From an uncultured Acidobacteriota bacterium (GTDB taxonomy: Bacteria > Acidobacteriota > Vicinamibacteria > Fen-336), in contig CAWHRC010000004.1 of assembly GCA_963831755.1 (NCBI GenBank), positions 303,490-367,489 on the forward strand: 64,000 nt of DNA, given 5' to 3'. Within the stretch, counting starts at the first letter, position 1, and every line of letters begins with the position of its first letter. Below are positions 61,537 through 64,000 of the stretch, one piece after another. The notes under the pieces are model-generated. The model did no database searches and had not been told where the DNA came from. It worked only from the letters and a program-made list of their open reading frames with translations. The position numbers and the translations under genes are program-made.

Positions 61537-62715
61537 TCAGCTGCGAATCCGGCCCTCGAGGTCCTTCGCCGCGAACGGCCCGGGTGCCTTGATCAGCTCG
61601 CGCGCGGCGTCCACCTGGCCCCAGACGTTCCACAGCAGGACGCCGCGCACGCGGCCGTCCTCCACGTAGTAGACGACACCCTCGCGGAACGGCTCCTTCC
61701 AGTCGGCGACCGCCTGCAGCCGGGCGTCGATCCGGCCGACCGCCTCGTAGCCCATGTCGAAGAGGTCGGAGTAGAAGAACGGCAGGTGCGTGTACGGCGT
61801 CTCGTCTCCGGCCATGGAGAGGCCCGCCGCACGGCCCATGGTGAGGGCCGCGTCCTCGTGCTCGACACGCAGGCGGCTGCCGAGCGCGGGTGAGAAGACG
61901 TTCGCGACGTCCCCCGCGGCGTGCACGTCCGGGTGCGTGGTGCGCAGCCGCTCGTCGACGCTGATCCCGTCGCCCGTCGCGAGGGCCGCCGCGGCGGCCA
62001 GCTCGACGTCCGGCACGATGCCGAGCCCGGCGACCACGGCCGCCGCCTCGATCTGGCGGCCCGAGCGCGTCGTCACGCGGGCGCGCCCGCGCTCGCTCCC
62101 GATGGACGAGACCGCGTCGCCGGTCAGCACCTCGACGCCGCGGGCGCGGTAGGCGTCCGTCACGAACGCCGACAATCGGGGCCCGAACGGGCGGGCGCAG
62201 ACGCCGTCCTCCGGGAAGACCATGACGGGCCGCGCGCCGACGGTGGCCAGCGCCGCGGCGACCTCGGACCCGATGAATCCCCCGCCGACCACCACGACGG
62301 GCTGCCCCTGCCCGGCCAGGCCCCGCAGGCGCTCGTAGTCGGCGTACGTCCGGAAGTAGATGACCTCGCCGCCGGCTTCCGGCAGCCTGCGCGGCCGGCC
62401 GCCGGTCGCGAGCAGCGCCTTCTCGAACTCGTAGACCTCGCCGCGGTCGTCGCTGGCGCGGTGCTTTCCCGGCTCGAGGCCCACGATGCGCCGACCGAGG
62501 TGCAGCGTCACGCCGAGCTTGTCGGTCCCCCGCCAGATCGTCTCGGCCGCCTCGCCCTTCCACAGGCCCTTCGACAGGGGCGGCCGCGCGTAGGGGGCGC
62601 TCGGCTCCTCGCCGACGAGACCGATCGAGCCCTGCGCGTCGCGCTCGCGGATCCCGCGCGCGGCCGCGTCGGCGGCCATTCCGCCGCCGATGATCAGGTA
62701 CCGGTACCGGGGCAT
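61537..62715 (-). CDS. FAD-dependent pyridine-nucleotide-disulfide oxidoreductase (ferredoxin-reductase / AIF-like)
   Basis: MPRYRYLIIGGGMAADAAA (FAD GxGxxA) and VVVVGGGFIGSEVAAAL (NAD(P) Rossmann). 392 aa. Confidence 0.85.
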   Translation of the reverse strand: MPRYRYLIIGGGMAADAAARGIRERDAQGSIGLVGEEPSAPYARPPLSKGLWKGEAAETIWRGTDKLGVTLHLGRRIVGLEPGKHRASDDRGEVYEFEKALLATGGRPRRLPEAGGEVIYFRTYADYERLRGLAGQGQPVVVVGGGFIGSEVAAALATVGARPVMVFPEDGVCARPFGPRLSAFVTDAYRARGVEVLTGDAVSSIGSERGRARVTTRSGRQIEAAAVVAGLGIVPDVELAAAAALATGDGISVDERLRTTHPDVHAAGDVANVFSPALGSRLRVEHEDAALTMGRAAGLSMAGDETPYTHLPFFYSDLFDMGYEAVGRIDARLQAVADWKEPFREGVVYYVEDGRVRGVLLWNVWGQVDAARELIKAPGPFAAKDLEGRIRS

Positions 62716-62717
62716 GC

Positions 62718-62945
62718 TCACCTCCCGACGCGCGCGAGGAACTCCCGCTGCCGACGCTCGTCCGTGAACGCCCCGCGGACGGCGCTGGTGGTCGTGCGCG
62801 CGCCCGCCTTGCGGACATCGCGCATCTCCATGCAGAAGTGACGGGCCTCGAGCACGACCATGACACCGGCGGGCGCGAGCCGCAAGTCGAGGAAGCCGGC
62901 GACCTGCTCCGTCAGCTGCTCCTGGACCTGCGGCCGGCGCAGCGG
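62718..62945 (-). pseudogene. folE: GTP cyclohydrolase I, C-terminal ~75-aa remnant only
   Basis: ...[71 protein letters not shown] matches the FolE C-terminus. Upstream of about 62945 the frame reads unrelated sequence in a lower-GC segment. Confidence 0.65.
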
Positions 62946-63177
62946 CGTGGTCCGGCCGCAAGGCCATGTGGGCTTCTTGTTTTTTGATTGCCCCCTTGAC
63001 ATCTTTCGGAGGGGCCTTGGCGCTGCGACCCTGACGCAGTTCAGAGACGCGTTCTGACGCACGTAATCGACACACAGCGACGTCGGTAGCCGGCGACACT
63101 TCGCGAAGCCCTGTCGTGTGATGGCACACGACAGGCGCGATCCTGCGCAGTCGTGAACGCTCTGCCTATATTGCAGT
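62946..63177. mobile_element. Lower-GC non-coding segment at the junction between the folE remnant and the DUF222 gene. Probable edge of an inserted element.
   Basis: GC drops visibly (TTGTTTTTTGATTG, CTATATTGCAGTC). Contains a consensus TTGACA and a TATATT box 6 nt before the ATG, which would allow a leaderless transcript. Confidence 0.4.
63112..63135. other. 10-bp-stem hairpin CTGTCGTGTG-atgg-CACACGACAG in the low-GC insert upstream of the DUF222 gene
   Basis: Perfect inverted repeat seen in the sequence. Confidence 0.4.
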
Positions 63178-64000
63178 CATGGAACAGCAGCACGTGGAAC
63201 AGGGGCGCGTCGAGCCCCGGCGAACCTTGCAGTCGCTCTCGGACGACGAGCTGCTGCACCGCCTCGGCGACCTCCTCCGCCAATCGCGGCGTACTGAGGC
63301 CGATCTCGTCGCTCACATCGCCGAGGTGGACGAGCGGCGGCTCTACGCTCGCTTCGCGTCGCCCTCGATGTTCGCCTACTGCACCGAGGTGCTCCACCTC
63401 TCCGAGGCCGAGGCCTACCTGCGCATCGCCGCGGCACGGGCCTCGCGCGAGCACCCGATCCTGCTCGCGATGCTGGCGCACGGGCGGCTGCACCTGAGCG
63501 GGGTCGCCAAGCTGGCGCCGCACCTGACCTCGGAGAATCGGGATGCGGTCCTGGCGCAGGCCGCCGGCAAGTCCAAGCGCGACATCGAGGAGCTCGTCGC
63601 GGAGCTCGCGCCGCGCCCCGATGCCCCGGCGCTGATTCGGAGACTCCCGCAACACCCGAGGCCGGCGAGCCCGCCCGTTGCGCCCCCGGTCGGCGAACTC
63701 CGCCCCGACGCAGTTGCCGCCACTCCCCTCGCCCCCGAAGGGGCCGCCATCGTGGAGCCGACCGCACCGGCCCGCTACAGAGTCCAGTTCACCGCGAGCG
63801 CCGAATTCCGAGACAAGCTCGAGCGCCTGCAGGCCCTGATGCGTTCGGCGGTGCCAGACGGCGACCTTGCGGCGATCATCGAGGACGCGATCACGGAGAA
63901 GCTGCAGCGGCTGGAGGCGCGGCGCTTCGGCCTGGCGAGAAAGCCGCGTACCGCGCCGCTCGAAGGAAGAGAGCTTGCCCAAGGGCGCGAAGACGCAGCG
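63178..64000 (+). CDS. DUF222-type N-terminal domain protein (the family normally fused to an HNH endonuclease). 3' end is beyond the window.
   Basis: My own translation from the ATG at 63178: MEQQHVEQGRVEPRRTLQSLSDDELLHRLGDLLRQSRRTEADLVAHIAEVDERRLYARFASPSMFAYCTEVLHLSEAEAYLRIAAARAS.... This is open to the window end and is not in the supplied ORF list because it has no stop. The motif pattern is typical of DUF222. Confidence 0.6.

Overview
This is a very high-GC (roughly 70% or more by eye) chromosomal window from a Gram-negative bacterium. The domain repertoire (many Ser/Thr kinases, FHA, TPR, TonB receptors with CarboxypepD_reg domains, partner-switching modules) suggests Myxococcota, Acidobacteriota or Gemmatimonadota; this is inference. 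Most six-frame ORFs are antisense or overlapping GC artefacts. I support about 55 genes. From start to end: an HD-GYP C-terminus, a GDPD, a DUF1015/isochorismatase-like operon, and a Tat-exported TIM-barrel isomerase plus aldo-keto reductase pair. Then an M28 peptidase and a cupredoxin-like protein co-oriented with a membrane sensor Ser/Thr kinase that carries a HAMP domain. Three tandem membrane-anchored alkaline-phosphatase-superfamily enzymes follow, each fused to C-terminal TPR arrays. Next come a TonB-dependent receptor broken by several frameshifts, a methionine-gamma-lyase-like gene divergent from lrp, pckG, and a receiver/Ser-Thr-kinase fusion. A leucine-catabolic module is split over two loci, separated by the sigma-regulation island described next. 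A sigma-regulation island lies between them: an RsbW/RsbV/FHA-GAF-PP2C partner-switching operon divergent from an ECF sigma, a membrane anti-sigma, a large HExxH/beta-propeller secreted protein, and a PrsW-like intramembrane protease. The remainder holds pfkA, an ABC-2 exporter, an hutI-like pseudogene, yggU, divIVA, yggT, yggS, a que operon (queD-queE-queC), an ArsR/SRPBCC pair, a DMT transporter, a GH78-like hydrolase, fadL, a dinG-like helicase, a B12-binding radical SAM gene and an FAD oxidoreductase. At the 3' edge a folE remnant is truncated by a lower-GC insert that carries a DUF222/HNH-type gene. Many otherwise conserved genes show frameshifts, concentrated at 16.7-19.6 kb, 44.9-53.1 kb and 59.7-61.5 kb, while 0-16.6 kb is clean. 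No CRISPR array, rRNA or tRNA was seen. The best candidates for an undescribed system are the sensor-STK/AlkP-TPR locus and the ECF-sigma/PrsW/partner-switching island.
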